Positions 11,521 to 25,590 of a stretch of 64,000 bases of DNA are shown in pieces (the first letter of the stretch is position 1; each line of letters starts with the position of its first letter). Below the pieces are notes generated by a model that saw only the letters and a program-made list of their open reading frames with translations, did no database searches and was not told where the DNA came from. The stretch lies in assembly GCF_964213995.1 (NCBI RefSeq), contig NW_027590217.1, forward strand, positions 62,001 to 126,000. Reading direction: 5' to 3'. The stretch comes from Mustelus asterias (lineage: Eukaryota). The position numbers and the translations under genes are program-made.

Positions 11521-12044
11521 AAATGATTGGAAAAGAGAATTTTATATAAATACAGTAACTCAATAATTAAATATTGCCATGAGTAAGTCTGGACATCTTG
11601 TGGTGAAGTGATTCATGTCCCTGCCTCTGAGCCAGAGGCTCCAGGTTTGAGTCCCGCCCCAGGACTTGATGACCAAGGAAGGTGCATTCATAACACGACC
11701 AACAGGTTGAGCATCAACCTGTAAAATCCTCCCAGCGCACACCAATAGCAGGTGTTAAGAGCGGGAGAGAATCATGGTCAGTTACACTTGATGCAGAGAT
11801 TGTGTTCCTCAAGCTATAAGCTTCTGGAAACAGGCGAGTGACCTATTCCGGGAAAATAACTTGCTGTGAAAGTCTGCCTTGTGCACCACTTGGTGGTTAG
11901 GATGGCACGGTGGCACAGTGGTTAGCACTACTGCTCCAGGGACCCGAGTTCGATTCCCGTCTGTACATTCTCCCCCGTGTCTCCGTGGGTTCACGCCGTG
12001 TGCTCCGGTTTCCTCCCCCAGTCCGGATGGCATGCGGGTTAGGT

Positions 12045-13295
12045 AAGAACATAAGAACATAAGAAATAGGAGCAGGAGTAGGCCATCTAGCCCCTCGAGC
12101 CTGCCCCGCCATTCAATAAGATCATGGCTGATCTGACGTGGATCAGTACCACTTACCCACCTGATCCCCATAACCCTTAATTCCCTTACCGATCAGGAAT
12201 CCATCCATCCGCGCTTTAAACATATTCAGCGAGGTAGCCTCCACCACCTCAGTGGGCAGAGAATTCCAGAGATTCACCACCCTCTGGGAGAAGAAGTTCC
12301 TCCTCAACTCTGTCTTAAACCGACCCCCCTTGATTTTGAGGCTGTGTCCTCTAGTTTTAACTTCCTTACTAAGTGGAAAGAATCTCTCCGCCTCCACCCT
12401 ATCCAGCCCCCGCATTATCTTATAAGTCTCCATAAGATCCCCCCTCATCCTTCTAAACTCCAACGAGTACAAACCCAATCTCCTCAGCCTCTCCTCATAA
12501 TCCAAACCCCTCATCTCCGGTATCAACCTGGTGAACCTTCTCTGCACTCCCTCCAATGCCAATATATCCTTCCTCATATAAGGGGACCAATACTGCACAC
12601 AGTATTCCAGCTGCGGCCTCACCAATGCCCTGTACAGGTGCATCAAGACATCCCTGCTTTTATATTCTATCCCCTTCGCAATATAGGCCAACATCCCATT
12701 TGCCTTCTTGATCACCTGTTGTACCTGCAGACTGGGCTTTTGCGTCTCATGCACAAGGACCCCCAGGTCCCTTTGCACGGTAGCATGTTTTAATTTGTTT
12801 CCATTGAGATAGTAATCCCATTTGTTATTATTTCCTCCAAAGTGTATAACCTCGCATTTCTCAACGTTATACTCCATTTGCCATATCCTCGCCCACTCAC
12901 TCAGCCTGTCCAAATCTCTCTGCAGATCTTCTCCGTCCTCCACACGATTCACTTTTCCACTTATCTTTGTGTCGTCTGCAAACTTCGTTACCCTACACTC
13001 CGTCCCCTCCTCCAGATCATCTATATAAATGGTAAATAGTTGCGGCCCGAGTACCGATCCCTGCGGCACGCCACTAGTTACCTTCCTCCAACCGGAAAAA
13101 CACCCATTTATTCCGACTCTTTGCTTCCTGTTGGATAGCCAGTCCCCAATCCACTTTAACACACTACCCCCAACTCCGTGTGCCCTAATCTTCTTCAGTA
13201 GCCTTTTATGGGGCACCTTATCAAACGCCTTTTGGAAATCCAAAAACACCGCATCCACCGGTTCTCCTCCATCAACCGCCCTAGTCACATCTTCA
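12045..13295 (-). mobile_element. Young 5'-truncated CR1 LINE inserted in a V-SINE
   Basis: Uninterrupted 381-aa RT ORF (SGVPQGSVLGP, KFADD). TSD TAGGT at 12040-12044 and 13296-13300. Confidence 0.93.
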
Positions 13296-13380
13296 TAGGT
13301 GCATCGGACGTGCTAAATTCTCGCTCAGTGTACCTGAACAGGCGCCGGAGTGTGGCGACTAGAGGATTTTCACAGTAACA

Positions 13381-13880
13381 GTAACTGGAAAGAGTGCAGA
13401 AGAGATTTACTAGGATGCAACCGGGACTTGATGGTTTGAATTAGAAGGAGAGGCTGGGTAGACTGGGACTTTTTTCTCTGAGCATAGGAGGCTAAGGGGT
13501 GATCATAAAGAGGTCTATAAAATAATGAGGGGCACAGATCAGCTGGATAGTCAATATCTTTTCCCAAAGGTTGGGCAGTCTAAAACTAAAGGGCATAGGT
13601 TTAAGGTGAGAGGGGAGAGACACAAAAGGATCCAGAGGGGCAATTTTTTCACACAGAGGATGGTGAGTGTCTGGAACGAGCTGCCAGAGGTAGTAGTGGA
13701 GGCAGGTACAATTTTGCCTTTTAAAAAGCATTTAGATAGTTACATGGGTACGATGGGTATAGAGGGATATGGGCCAAACGCGGACAATTGGGACTAGCTT
13801 TGGGGTTAAAAAGAAAGGGTGGCATGGACAAGTTGGGCTGAAGGGGCTGTTTCCATGCTGTCAACTTCCATGACTTTATA
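13381..13880 (+). mobile_element. CR1 3' fragment inserted in the tail of the same V-SINE
   Basis: Same subfamily as 4577-5349. The SINE tail resumes at about 13880. Confidence 0.85.
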
Positions 13881-16800
13881 ACTTTATTGCAGTGTTAATG
13901 TAAGCCTACTTGTGACACTAATAAATAAACTTTAAACTAGGAGCGGGGAGAGAAACAACAGCAATGTGCGTGAGTACAACAGGAAGGAATCAGATTTCTT
14001 ATTGCACTGTTAGTGCAACAAGGTTGGATATTCTGATCGCCCCTTTTAATGGAGACAGTGTCCCCCAATTTAACTTTGCCGTGTGGGAAACTAAATGATC
14101 CTTTTATAGGTTCAGGTTTATGGTCCATTCAAGTTAAAGGAATCCAGTGACATCTCTAAACCCGTGGGAGTGGGAGAGAGAGGGATTTGTGAAGGGAATT
14201 GCAGTCTCTAAATATTTCAGTGAAATTTCCCCAGGATCTATTCATAATTATTTTTCTGCATTGAATTGGTTTATTTCAATAACATCATTAACTAAATTAA
14301 CATGAAAGGACAATGGTGGTTTCAATATGTACCCCAGAGGAACTGAATCCAAACAGAGGAACTTTACAAAGAGCTCCCAGGAAACTTTCATTATCCCTCC
14401 CTCCATCACCCGGATTCCACGGTGCAGAAATTCATCTCGGGTGATGATACAAAATGGTTGCTATCAGATCAGCGACCCGTTATACCCAGCGCCTGATATT
14501 TAATTCAATTCACAGCAATGGAACTGAATAACAGACTCTGTGTCTCAAGAGCAGGCAACCCGATAACCGCCCCTTTGGTGTGACGAGTTTCTAGCTTGCG
14601 AGTCATAGAAGTTTACAGCATGGAAAATGGCCCTTCGACCCTTTCTTTTTAACCCCTAAGCTAATCCCTATTGCCTGCGTTTGGCCCATATCCCCCTATA
14701 CCCACCTTACCCATGTAACTGTATAAATGCTTTTTAAAAGACAAAATTGTACCCGCCTCTACTACTACCTCTGGCAGCTTGTTCCAGACACTCACCACCC
14801 TCTTTGTGAAAAAATTGCCCCTCTGGATACTTTTGTATCTCTCCCCTCTCACCTTAAACCTATGCCCTCTAGTTTTAGACTCCCCTACCTTTGGGAAAAG
14901 ATGTTGATGATCTAACTGGGCGGCATGGTGGCACAGTGGTTAGCACTGCTGCCTCACAGCGCCAGGATTCCAGGTTCAATTCCAGCCTTGGGTCACTGTC
15001 TGTGTGGAGGTTGCACATTCTCCCTGTGTCTGTGTGGGTTTCCTCCGGGTGCTCCGGTTTCCTCCCACACTCCAAAGATGTGTAGGTTAGGTGGATTGGC
15101 CATGCTAAATTGAGCCTAGTGTCAGGAGGATTAACTCGGGTAAATGCGTGGGGTTACGGAAATAGGGCCTGGGTGGGATTGTGGTTGGTACAGACTCAAT
15201 GGGCCAAGTGGACCCCTTCTGCACTGTAGGGATTCTATTGATTCTATGAACTGATCTGTGCCCCTCATTATTTTATAGACCTCTATAAGATCATCCCTAA
15301 GTCTCCTACGCTCCAGAGAAAGAAGTCTCAGTCCATCCAGTCTCTCCTCATAACTCAAACTATCAAGTCCCGGTAGCATCCTCGTGAATCTTTTCTGCAC
15401 TTTTTCTAGTTTAACAATATCCTTTGTGTTTTATTCTCACACAGGCTGTGTGGTGGAATCATCATGTAGATAGGTTGAGTGAGTGGGTAAAGATGGGGTA
15501 TAATGTGGGGAAATGTGAAGCTGTTCACTTTGGAAGGAACAATAAAAAAGCAGAGAATTACTTAAATGGAGAATGCCTGCAGAAATCCAAGGTGCAGAGG
15601 GATCTGGGTGCTCTAGTGCATGAATCACAAAAGGTCAATAGGCAGGTACAGCGAGTCATTAAGAAGGCTAACGGAATGCGATCCGGTAGGACGAGAGAAA
15701 TTGAACATAAAACGGAGTGGGGGGAGGGGGTTACGCTTCAGTTATTCATGGCATTGGTGAGACTGTATCTCAAATACGACGATTTTGGTCTCCTAATTTA
15801 ATCAACGATGTAAATGTGTTGGAGGCAGTACAGAGGAAGTTTACCAGATTGGTACCTGGACTGAACCTCTGGTCTTATGAGGAAAGGTTGGACAGGCTGG
15901 GCTTGTTTCCACTGGAGTTTAGAAGAGTGAGGGGTGACTTGAATGAAGTCTAAAAGATTCTGAACGATGTTGATAAGGTGGAAGTGGAAAGGATGCTAAA
16001 TTCTCTTTGATTTGATTTGAGTTATTATTGTCACCGACATTGGGATACAGTGAAAAGTATTGTTTCTTGTGCACTATACAGACAGAACATTACCTTACAG
16101 AGAGAAGGAAAGGAGAGGGTGCAGAATGTAGTGTTACAGTCATAGCGAGGGTTTAGAGAAAGATCAATTGAATGTGTATATATGCATATAGCGATTTGAT
16201 TTGATTTGATTTATTATTGTCACATGTATTAACATATAGTGAAAAGTCTTGTTCCTTGCGCGCTCTACAAAGCATACCGTTCATAGAGAAGGAAAGGAGA
16301 GAGCGCAGAATGTAGTGTTACAGTCATGGCTAGGGTGTAGAGAAAGATCAACTTAATGCGAGGTAGGTCCATTCAAAAGTCGGACAGCAGCAGGGAAGAA
16401 GCTGTTCTTGAGTCGGTTGGTACGGGTCCTCAGACTTTTGTATCTTTTTCCCGAGGGAAGAAGGTGGAAGAGAGAATGTCCAGGGTGTGTGGGGGGTCCT
16501 TGATTATGCTGACTGCTTTTCCCTGAGGCAGCGGGAAGTGTAGACAGAGTCAATGGATGGGAGGCTGGTTTGCGTGATGGACTGGGCTACATTCACGACA
16601 TTTTGTAGTTCCTTGCGGTTTTGGGCAGAGCAGGAGCCCCATACCAAGCTGTGATACAACCAGAAAGGATGCTTTCTATGGAGCATCTGTAAAAGTTGCT
16701 GAGAGTCATAGCGGACCTGTCAAATTTCCTCAGCGTCCTGAGAAAGTAGAGGTTTTGGTGGGGTTCCTTAACTATAGTGTTCTTTAACGATAGCTTGTGG

Positions 16801-19800
16801 ATGACTGAAGAAGTAGGGGGGAGCTGTTTTAAAATTAGGAGTTGCTCTTTTAGTACAGAGATGAGGAGAAATATTTACTCTCAGAGGGTTGTGCGACTTT
16901 GGGACTCTCTGCCTCAGAAGGTGGTGGAGTGCGAGGGTCACTGAATATCTTTAAGATAAATAGATCAATGGACAGATTCTTGTTAAGGAAGGAAATCAAA
17001 GGTGATCGGGAGTAGAAGGGAATGTGGAATTCGAAACACAAATAGATGACCCACGATCTTATTGAATGGTGGAGCGCGTTTAAGGGGCCTAATGGCTGCT
17101 TCTATTCCTATTTAAGACTATAAGACATAGGGGCAGAATTAGACCACTCGGCCCATCGAGTCTGCTCCGCCATTCAATCCTGGCTGGTATTTTTCTCATC
17201 CCCATTCTCCTGCCTTTCCCCCATAACCCCTGACCCCCTTATTAATCAAGAACTTATCAATCTCTGTCTTAAAGACACTCAATGACCCGGCCTCCACAGC
17301 CTTCTGCAGCAAAGAGTTCCACAGATTCACCACTCTCTGGCTGAAGAAATTCCTCCTCATCTCTGTTTTAAAGGATCGTCCCTTTACCCTGAGGTTGTGC
17401 CCTCTGGTTCTAGTTTTTCCCATAGTGGAAACATCCTCTCCACGTCCACTCTATCCAGGCCTCGCAGTATCCTGTAAGTTTCAATCAGATCCCCCCTCAT
17501 CCTTCTAAACTCCAACGAGTACGGATCCAGAGTCCTCAACCGTTCCTCATACGACAAGCTCTTCATTCTGGGGATCATTCTTGTGAACCTCCTCTAGACC
17601 CTTTCCAAGGCCAGCTCATCCTTCCTTAGATACGGGGCCCAAAACTGCTCTCAGTACTCCAAATGGGGTCTGACTAGAGCCTTATACAGCCTCAGAAGTA
17701 CATCCCTGCTCTTGTATTCTGGCCCTCTCGACATGAATGTTAACATTGCATTTGCCTTCCTAACTGCCGACTGAACCTGCACGTTAACCTTATTTCACAC
17801 GTGTTGTATGTATTACTGAGCACAAACACTGAGTGAGGGGTTACCTTACCTGGAATAAATACCTCAGTCGGTGATTCCAATTCACATTGATCTTTACCAG
17901 AAAGATGTTGGAAACTGGACAGTCAAATATTTCTCATGCCCAGATGATTCTCAACATTATTTTTTACCGTGGTTATTGTTCAGCATCTTGTCTGAATTCA
18001 GTCGCTGGGTTCCACTTTTTTCTTTTACTCTTTTCTTTTTTCTTCTCATCTTTTAACCTCTTGTCTTTCTTCCTCGGTCTTTCTCTATTTTCTCTCCCCC
18101 TCAGGTTTTTTTCCTTTGCTTTTCATAGAATCTACAGTGCAGAAGGAGGCCATTCAGCCCATCAAGCCTGCACCGACCACAATCCCACCCAGGTCCTGTC
18201 CTATCCCCGTAACCCCACGTATCTACCTTCCTAATCCCCCTGACATTCGGGTCAATTTATCAAGGCCAATCAACCTAACCCGCACATCTTCGGACTGTGG
18301 GAGGAAACCAGAGCACGCGGAGGAAAGCCACGCAGACACGGGGAGAACGTGCAAACTCCGCACGGACAGTGACCCGAGGCCGGAATTGAACCCGGGTCCC
18401 TGGCACTGTGAGGCAGCAGTGCTAACCACTGCGCCACCTTTCAGTCTTTCATTCTCTTCCCTTTTTGAATTGCTTTGCCGCTCGCTCTGTCTTTCTCCCT
18501 CCCTCTCACTCGGTGTCCCACAAGTCGAATACATTCGTAGCACGGAAGGAGGCCATTCAGCCCATCAAGTTCATGCCAGTCGACAGAAATCTGAAGGCAC
18601 TAACCCCATTTCCCAGCGCTTGGCCCATATCCCTGAAGGTAATGGCATTGCAAGTGAATATCTAAATACCTCTTCAATGTGACGAGAGTTTCTGAATCAA
18701 CGACCCTTTCAGACATCGAGCTCCAGACTCCCACCACTCTCTGGGTGAAAAAGTTTCTCCTCCACACCCCTCTTAACCTTCCACCTCTGACCTTAAATCA
18801 ATGATCCCTGATTGTTGATGCCTCCTATCTCTCTGTCCACCCTCTCATAATCTCATACACGCCTATCAGGTCCCCTCTCAACCTTCACTGCTCCAAGGAA
18901 AACAGCGCCAACCGATCCAATCTTTCCTCAGAGCTCAGGCCCTCCAGCCCAAGCAGCACCCTGGAAAATCTCCTCTGCACCCTCTCCAGTGCAGTCACAT
19001 CCTGATGGGGTGACCTGAACTGCAGGCAGTACTCTAATTGTGACTCAAGAAGCATCTTGTACAGTTCCAGCATGACCTCCCTGCTCTTATATTCTATACC
19101 TCGGCAAATAAAGACAAGTATCCCATATACCTTCTTAACCAGCTTATAAGACCATCTGACATAGGAACAGAATGAGGCCACTCGGCCCATCGAGTCTGCT
19201 CCGCCATTCAATCATGGCTGATATTTTTCTCATCCCCATTCTCCTGCCTTTTCCCCATAACCCCCGATCCCCTTATTAATCAGGAACCTATCTATCTCTG
19301 TCTTAAAGACACTCAATGACCTGGCCTCCACAGCCTTCTGCAGCAAAGAGTTCCACAGATTCACCACTCTCTGGCTGAAGAAATTCCTCCTCATCTCTGT
19401 TTTAAAGGATCGTCCCTTTACCCTGAGGTTGTGCCCTCTGGTTCTAGTTTTTCCGTCTAGTGGAAACATCCTCTCCACGTCCACTCTATCTAGGCCTCGC
19501 GGTATCCTGTAAGTTTCAATAAGATCCCCCTCATCCTTCTAAACTCCAACGAGTACAGGCCCAGAGTCCTCAACCCATTCCTCATACGACAAGCTCTTCA
19601 TTCCAGGGATCATTCTTGTGAACCTCCTCTGGACCCTTTCCAAGGCCAGCTCATCCTTCCTTAGATACGGGGCCCAAAACTGCTCACAATACTTCAAATG
19701 GGGTCTGACCAGAGCCTTATACAGCCTCAGAAGTACATCCCTGCTCTTGTATTCTAGCCCTCTTGACATGAATGCTAACATTGCATTTTCCTTCCTAACT

Positions 19801-20276
19801 GCCGACTGAACCTGCACGTTAACCTGAAGAGAATCTTGAACAAGGACTCCCAAGTCCCTTCGTGTTACTCATTTCCCCATTGAGAAAATAGTCTGTGCCT
19901 CCATTCCTTCTTCCAAAGTGATAACCTCACACTTTTCCACATTGTAATTCCATCTGCCGCTTCTTTGCCCACTCTCCTAACCTACCAAAGTGCTGCAAAA
20001 TGCTCGGGGACATTGTGAGGACATGAAAGGTGCTTAATGCAGCTTCTTTCTTTCACAACCCCTTGTAATTCATGACCATCAATATTAGTGAATATAACAA
20101 GGGGGGTGGGGGAGGTGGGTTTGAAATAAGAACTGGGAGCAGGAGTCGGCTTACGGGACTGAGCTGTATTTCATGGGGTGGAGGCATCACTGGGAAAGCC
20201 AGCATTTGTGGCCCATCCCTGATTGCCCTTGAACTGAGTGTCTCGCTTGGCCATTTCAGAGGGTAGGTAGGAGTCG

Positions 20277-20630
20277 GGGATGCGATGGTCCAGTGGTATT
20301 ATCGCTAGACTATTAATCTCGAAACCCAGCGAATGTTCTGGGGACCTGAGTTCGAATCCTGCCACGGCAGATGGTGGAATTTGAATTCAATAAAATATCT
20401 GGAATTAAGAACCTACTGATGACCATGAAACCATTGTCGATTGTCAGAAAAACCCATCTGGTTCAGTAATGTCCTTTAGGGAAGGAAATCTGGTCCTTAC
20501 CCCGGTCTGGCCTACATGTGACTCCAGAGCCACAGCAATGTGGTTGACTCGCAACTCCCTCAGTCTCCTAGAGAGGGGCAGTAAATGCTGGCCAGCCAGC
20601 GACGCCCATGTCCCACAAATGAATAAATAA
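20277..20630 (+). mobile_element. tRNA-derived SINE, second family (copies at about 36962-37325 on + and 47060-47410 on -)
   Basis: A/B-box-like head (TGGTCCAGTGG...GAGTTCGAATCC). Three homologous copies in the window. Confidence 0.75.
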
Positions 20631-22149
20631 ATCCAACCACATTGCTGTGGCTCTGGAGTTACATGTAGGCCAGACCAGGTAAGGAAGGCAGATTTCCTTC
20701 TCTAAAGGACATTAGTGAACCAGATGTCAATGATAGTTTCATGGTTGCCATCACTGAGGCTAACTTTCTCGTCCAGATTTGGAAATTGAATTTAAATTTC
20801 ACCACTGACCACGCTGGAAGTTGAACCCATGTCCCCAAAGCATTAGCCCGAGCTCTGAATTATTGGTGCATTGACATGACCATTACACCTTTTGGTGGTG
20901 ATACTGCAATTCTATGTTTTGCTGTTTTTTCAGAAAGAGACTTTAACTTACACAATAATAAGAACATAAGAACTAGGAGCAGGAGTCGGCCATCTGGCCC
21001 CTCGAGTCTGCTCCGCCATTCAATAAGATATTTTCGTGGACTCAGCTCCACTTACCCGCCCGCTCCCCATAACCCTTAATTCCTTCACTGTTCAAAAATC
21101 TATCTATCCTTGCCTTAAAAACATTCAATGAGGAAGCCTCAACTGGGCAGGGAATTCCACAGATTCACAACCCTTTGTGTGAAGAAGTTCCTCCTCAACT
21201 CAGTCCTAAATCTACTCCCCCTTATTTTGAGGCCATGCCCCCTAGTTCTAGTTTCACCCGCCAGTGGAAACAACTTCCCTGCTTCTATCTTATCTATTCC
21301 CTTCATAATCTTATATGTTTCTATAAGATCTCCCCTCATTCTTCTGAATTTCAGTGAGTATAGCCCCAGTCTACTCAGTCTCTCTTCATAAGCCAACCCT
21401 CTCAACTCCAGAATCAACCTCGTGAATCTCCTCTGCACCCCCTCCAGTGCCAGTATATCCTTTCTCAAGTAAGGAGACCAAAACTGTACACAGTAACTCC
21501 AGGTGTGGCCTCACCAGCACCTTATACAGCTGCAACATAATCTCGCTGTTTTAAACTCCATCCCTCTAGCAATGAAGGGCAAAATTCCATTTGCCTTCTT
21601 CATTACCTGTTGCACCTGCAGACCAACTCCTTGTGATTCCTGCACAAGGACACCCAGGTCCCTCTGCACAGCAGCATGCTGCAACTTTTTACCATTTAAA
21701 TAATAGTCCATTTTGCTGTTATTCCGACCAAAATGGATGACTCCACATTTACCAACATTGTATTCCATCTGCCAGACCCTCGCCCACTCACTTAGACTAT
21801 CTATATCCCTTTGCAGACTTTCAGCGTCCTCTGCACACTTTGCTCTGCCACTCATCTTGGTGTCATCTGCGAATTCTGACACACTTGAACCCCAACTCCA
21901 ATCATCGATGTAAATCGTAAACAATTGTGGTCCCAACACTGATCCCTGAGGCACACCACTAGTCACTAGTTGCGTTCCCAACAATGGCTGGAAATTTCCC
22001 GTTGCGCCTGCCGCAGGAATTGTAGCGAGCGGGATAGAAGAATCGGGAGACCATTTAAAGGTGTGTTGAGCTCAGGTGGGAAATTTCCAGTCTTGGGATG
22101 CACGCTGCCAGAAAAATCTCGCACAATGTCTTTCACAACTGCAAAACGT

Positions 22150-22440
22150 CCCAAAGGGCGTTTCTGAATTGGAGACGCGAGTCTGATGCAGGGAAACACA
22201 GCAGCCAAACTGTGCACAGCAAGATTCCTCCAGCAGCAATGTAATATTGTTCCAAATAATCGGATTTAGTGATGTTGGATCAGGGATGAACATTGGCCAT
22301 GGCACTGGGGAGAAGGTCCTTGCTCTTCTGTGAAAGTGGCCATGCGGGGGGTGCCTCGATTTAACCTCTCGTGTGCAATACGGCACTTCGCACAGCACAT
22401 CGCAGCCTCAGCACTGCATTGGAATGTCAGCCTATTCCCC
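22150..22440 (-). mobile_element. Degraded Deu-domain SINE (similar at about 42690-42900 and 46260-46560)
   Basis: Resembles the recalled DeuSINE core (ATTGGCCA..CAC.GGGGAGAA..CCTGCTCTTC..GTGCCATG). Not verified by search. Confidence 0.55.
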
Positions 22441-23827
22441 CTTGTTGGAGAGACTACAACGAGGGGACACATTTAAAAATAACCTGAAGATGGGGGCAAA
22501 TTCTTTCTCTCAGGGGGTCGGAATATGTGGAATTCACTTCCCAGGACGGCAGTGGGACATGGTCATTGAATATTTTCCAGGCTGATCCAGATAGGTTCTT
22601 GGTTAACAAGGGAGTCAAAGGTTACCAGGCTGATTCCGGGGATGGCGGGGCTAATGTAGGAGGAGAGATTGACTAGGTTAGGATTGTTTTTGATCTAATT
22701 TGATTTGATTTGATTTATTATTGTCACATGTATTAACATACAGTGAAAAGTATTGTTTCTTGCGCGCTATACAGACAAAGCATACCGTTCATGGAGAAGG
22801 AAAGGAGAGTGCAGAATGTAGTGTTACAGTCACAGCTAGGGTGCAGAGAAAGATCAACTTAATGCGAGGTAGGTCCATTCAAAAGTCTGACGGCAGCAGC
22901 AGGGAAGAAGCTGTTCTTGAGTCGGTCGGTACGTGACCTCAGACTTTTGTATCTTTTTCCTCGACGGGAAGAAGGTGGAAGAGAGAATGTCCGGGGTGTG
23001 TGGGGGGGTCCTTAATTATGCCGGCTGCTTTTCCCCGAGGCAGCGGGAAGTGTAGACAGAGTCAATGGATGGGAGGCTGGTTTGCGTGATGGATTGGGCT
23101 ACAATCACGACCTTTTGTAGTTCCTTGCGGTCTTGGGCAGAGCAGGAGCCCCAGACCAAGCTGTGATACATCCAGAAAGAATGCTTTCTATGGTGCATCT
23201 GTAAAAGTTGGTGAGAGTTGTAGCTGACATGCCAAATTTCTTTAGTCTTCTGAGAAAGTTTTCGCTGGAGTTCAGACGAATGAGAGGGGATCTCGTAGAG
23301 ACTTATAAAATTCTAACAGGTCTAGACAGAATAGATGGAGGGAGGATGTTCCTGATGGTGGGGGGGGAGTCCAGAACCAGGGCTCACAGTCTGAAGAGTC
23401 AGGGTAGACCATTTAGGATGGAGGTGAGGGGACATTTCTTCACCCAGAGAGTGGTGAGTCTGTGGAATTCATTACCACAGGAAGTAGTTGATGCCAAAAC
23501 ATTGAATGTATCCAAGAGGCGGCTGGATATAGCACTTGGGGCGAACGGGATCAAAGGTTATGGGGAGAAAGCAGGATTAGGCTATTGAGTTGGATGATCA
23601 GCCATAATGGTGATGAATGGCGGAGCAGGCTCGAAGGGCTGAATGGCCTCCTCCTTCTCCTATCTTCTATGTTATAGGGGCAGACAGGAAAGTAGAATGC
23701 GGCCACAATCAGATAAGCTGCGATCAAACGGCGGAGCAAGCTGGAAGGTCTGAATAGCCACCTCCTGCTGCATGTTTGTATATATTTATTTACGAAGCTT
23801 ATCCATGTGCAATTATTTATATTTCAG

Positions 23828-24142
23828 TTACCCAGACTGCACCATTGGTCTACATCCCCAACCCTTCCTGTGACGTGAACTCAAACCAAGGTGAGATCAG
23901 CCTCGTCTGCCTGGTCAAGGACTTTCAACCCAAGGACATCACTCAGACATGGTCCAGGAACAATAGGGTCATTACGACTGGAATCAAGAAGTTTCCGCCA
24001 GTCCAGGGGAGAGACATGAAATACACAATGAGCAGTGTGCTCAAAGTCTCTGCGTCAGATTGGAATACCAATAGTGTCTACCACTGCAAGGCGGGCCACG
24101 ACTCCAACACAATGGTGGAACGGCAATACACAAGACCTAAAA
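23828..24142 (+). CDS. IgW: IgW constant exon C1 (CH1)
   Basis: TTTCAG acceptor. C1-set domain ([13 protein letters not shown]). An extra Cys in PSC fits light-chain linkage. Donor A|GTTAGT, 315 nt, phase 1-1. Confidence 0.95.
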
Positions 24143-24179
24143 GTTAGTAAAGATATTATTTTCCATCTAAAACTGTTAG

Positions 24180-25590
24180 ACCATAAGACACAGGAGCAGA
24201 ATTAGGCCAGTCGGCCCATTGCATCTGCTCTACCATTCAATCCTGGCTGATATTTTTCTCATCCCCATTCTCCTGCCTTTTCTCCATAACCCCTGATCCC
24301 CTTATTAATCAAGAACCTATCTATCTCTGTCTTAAAGACACTCAATGACCCGGCCTCCACAGCCTTCTGCGGCAAAGAGTTCCACAGATTCACCACTCTC
24401 TGGCTGAAGAAATTCCTCCTCATCTCTGTTTTAAAGGATCGTCCCTTTAGCCTGAGGTTGTGCCCTCTGGTTCTAGTTTTTCCTACTAGTGGAAACATCC
24501 TCTCCACGTCCACTCTATCCAGGCCTCGCAGTATCCTGTAAGTTTCAATAAGATCCCCCCCTCATCCTTCCAAACTCCAACGAGAACAGACCCAGAGTCC
24601 TCAATCGTTCCTCATACGACAAGCTCTTCATTCCAGGGATCATTCTTGTGAACCTCCTCTGGACTCTTTCCAAGGCCAGCACATCCTTCCTTAGATATGG
24701 GGGCCAAAACTGCTCACAATACTCCAAATGGGGTCTGACCAGAGCCTTTTACAGCCTCAGACGTACATCCCTGCTCTTGTATTCTCGCCCTCTGTTGGTG
24801 TGGAGGAGGTGAAATTGGACAAGAAAACTTCAGCAGCCAATGTAAGAGGTTGTTGCACAATACCAAATCTTTTACCCCTGTACGCCAGCGTAAAACCATA
24901 AGACATAAGACATAGGAACAGATTTAGGCCACTCGGCCCATCGAGTCTGCTCCGCCATTCAATCATGGCTGATATTTTTCTCATCCCCATTCTCCTGCCT
25001 TTTCTGCATCACCCCTGATCCCCTTATTAATCAAGAACTTATCAATCTCTGTCTTAAAGACACTCAATGACCCGGCCTCCACAGCCTTCTGTGGCAAAGA
25101 GTTCCACAGATTCACCACTCTCTGGCTGAAGAAATTCCTCCTCATCTCTGTTTTAAAGGATTGTCCCTTTAGCCTGAGGTTGTGCCCCCTGGTTCTAGTT
25201 ATTCCTACAAGTGGAAACATCCTCTCCGCATCCACTCTATCCAGGCCTCGCAGTATCCTGTAAGTTTCAATTAAAAACCCACCCTTATCCTTCTAAACTC
25301 CAACGAGTATAGATCCAGAGTCCTCAACTGTTCCTCATACGACAAGCTCTTCATTCCAGGGGTCATTCTTGTGAACCTCCTCTGGACCCTTTCCAAGGCC
25401 AGCACATCCTTCCTTAGATACGGGGCCCAAAACTGCCTATATTACTCCAAATGGGGTCTGACCAGAGCCTTATGCAGCCTCAGTAGTACATCCCAGCTCT
25501 TGTATTCTCGCCCTCTGTTGGTAAGGAGGAGGTGAAATTGGGCAAGAAAACCTCAGCAATCAATGTAAGAGGTTGTTGCACAATACCTGC
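24180..25590 (-). repeat. Tandem ~720-bp duplication of a CR1 3' fragment plus flanking sequence
   Basis: Both copies truncate at the same CR1 position and continue into the same ~70 bp non-CR1 sequence (about 24793-24864 and 25515-25587). Confidence 0.8.

Larger units (their letters stand above)
14600..23740. mobile_element. Dense mosaic of nested CR1 fragments, V-SINEs, Rex/Babar fragments and other SINEs in the J-C1 intron
   Basis: Many short ORFs carry CR1 motifs (NFFSQRVVNLWNSLP, LEFRRMRGDLIE). SINE cores lie at about 14918-15120 and 18125-18437. Confidence 0.88.
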
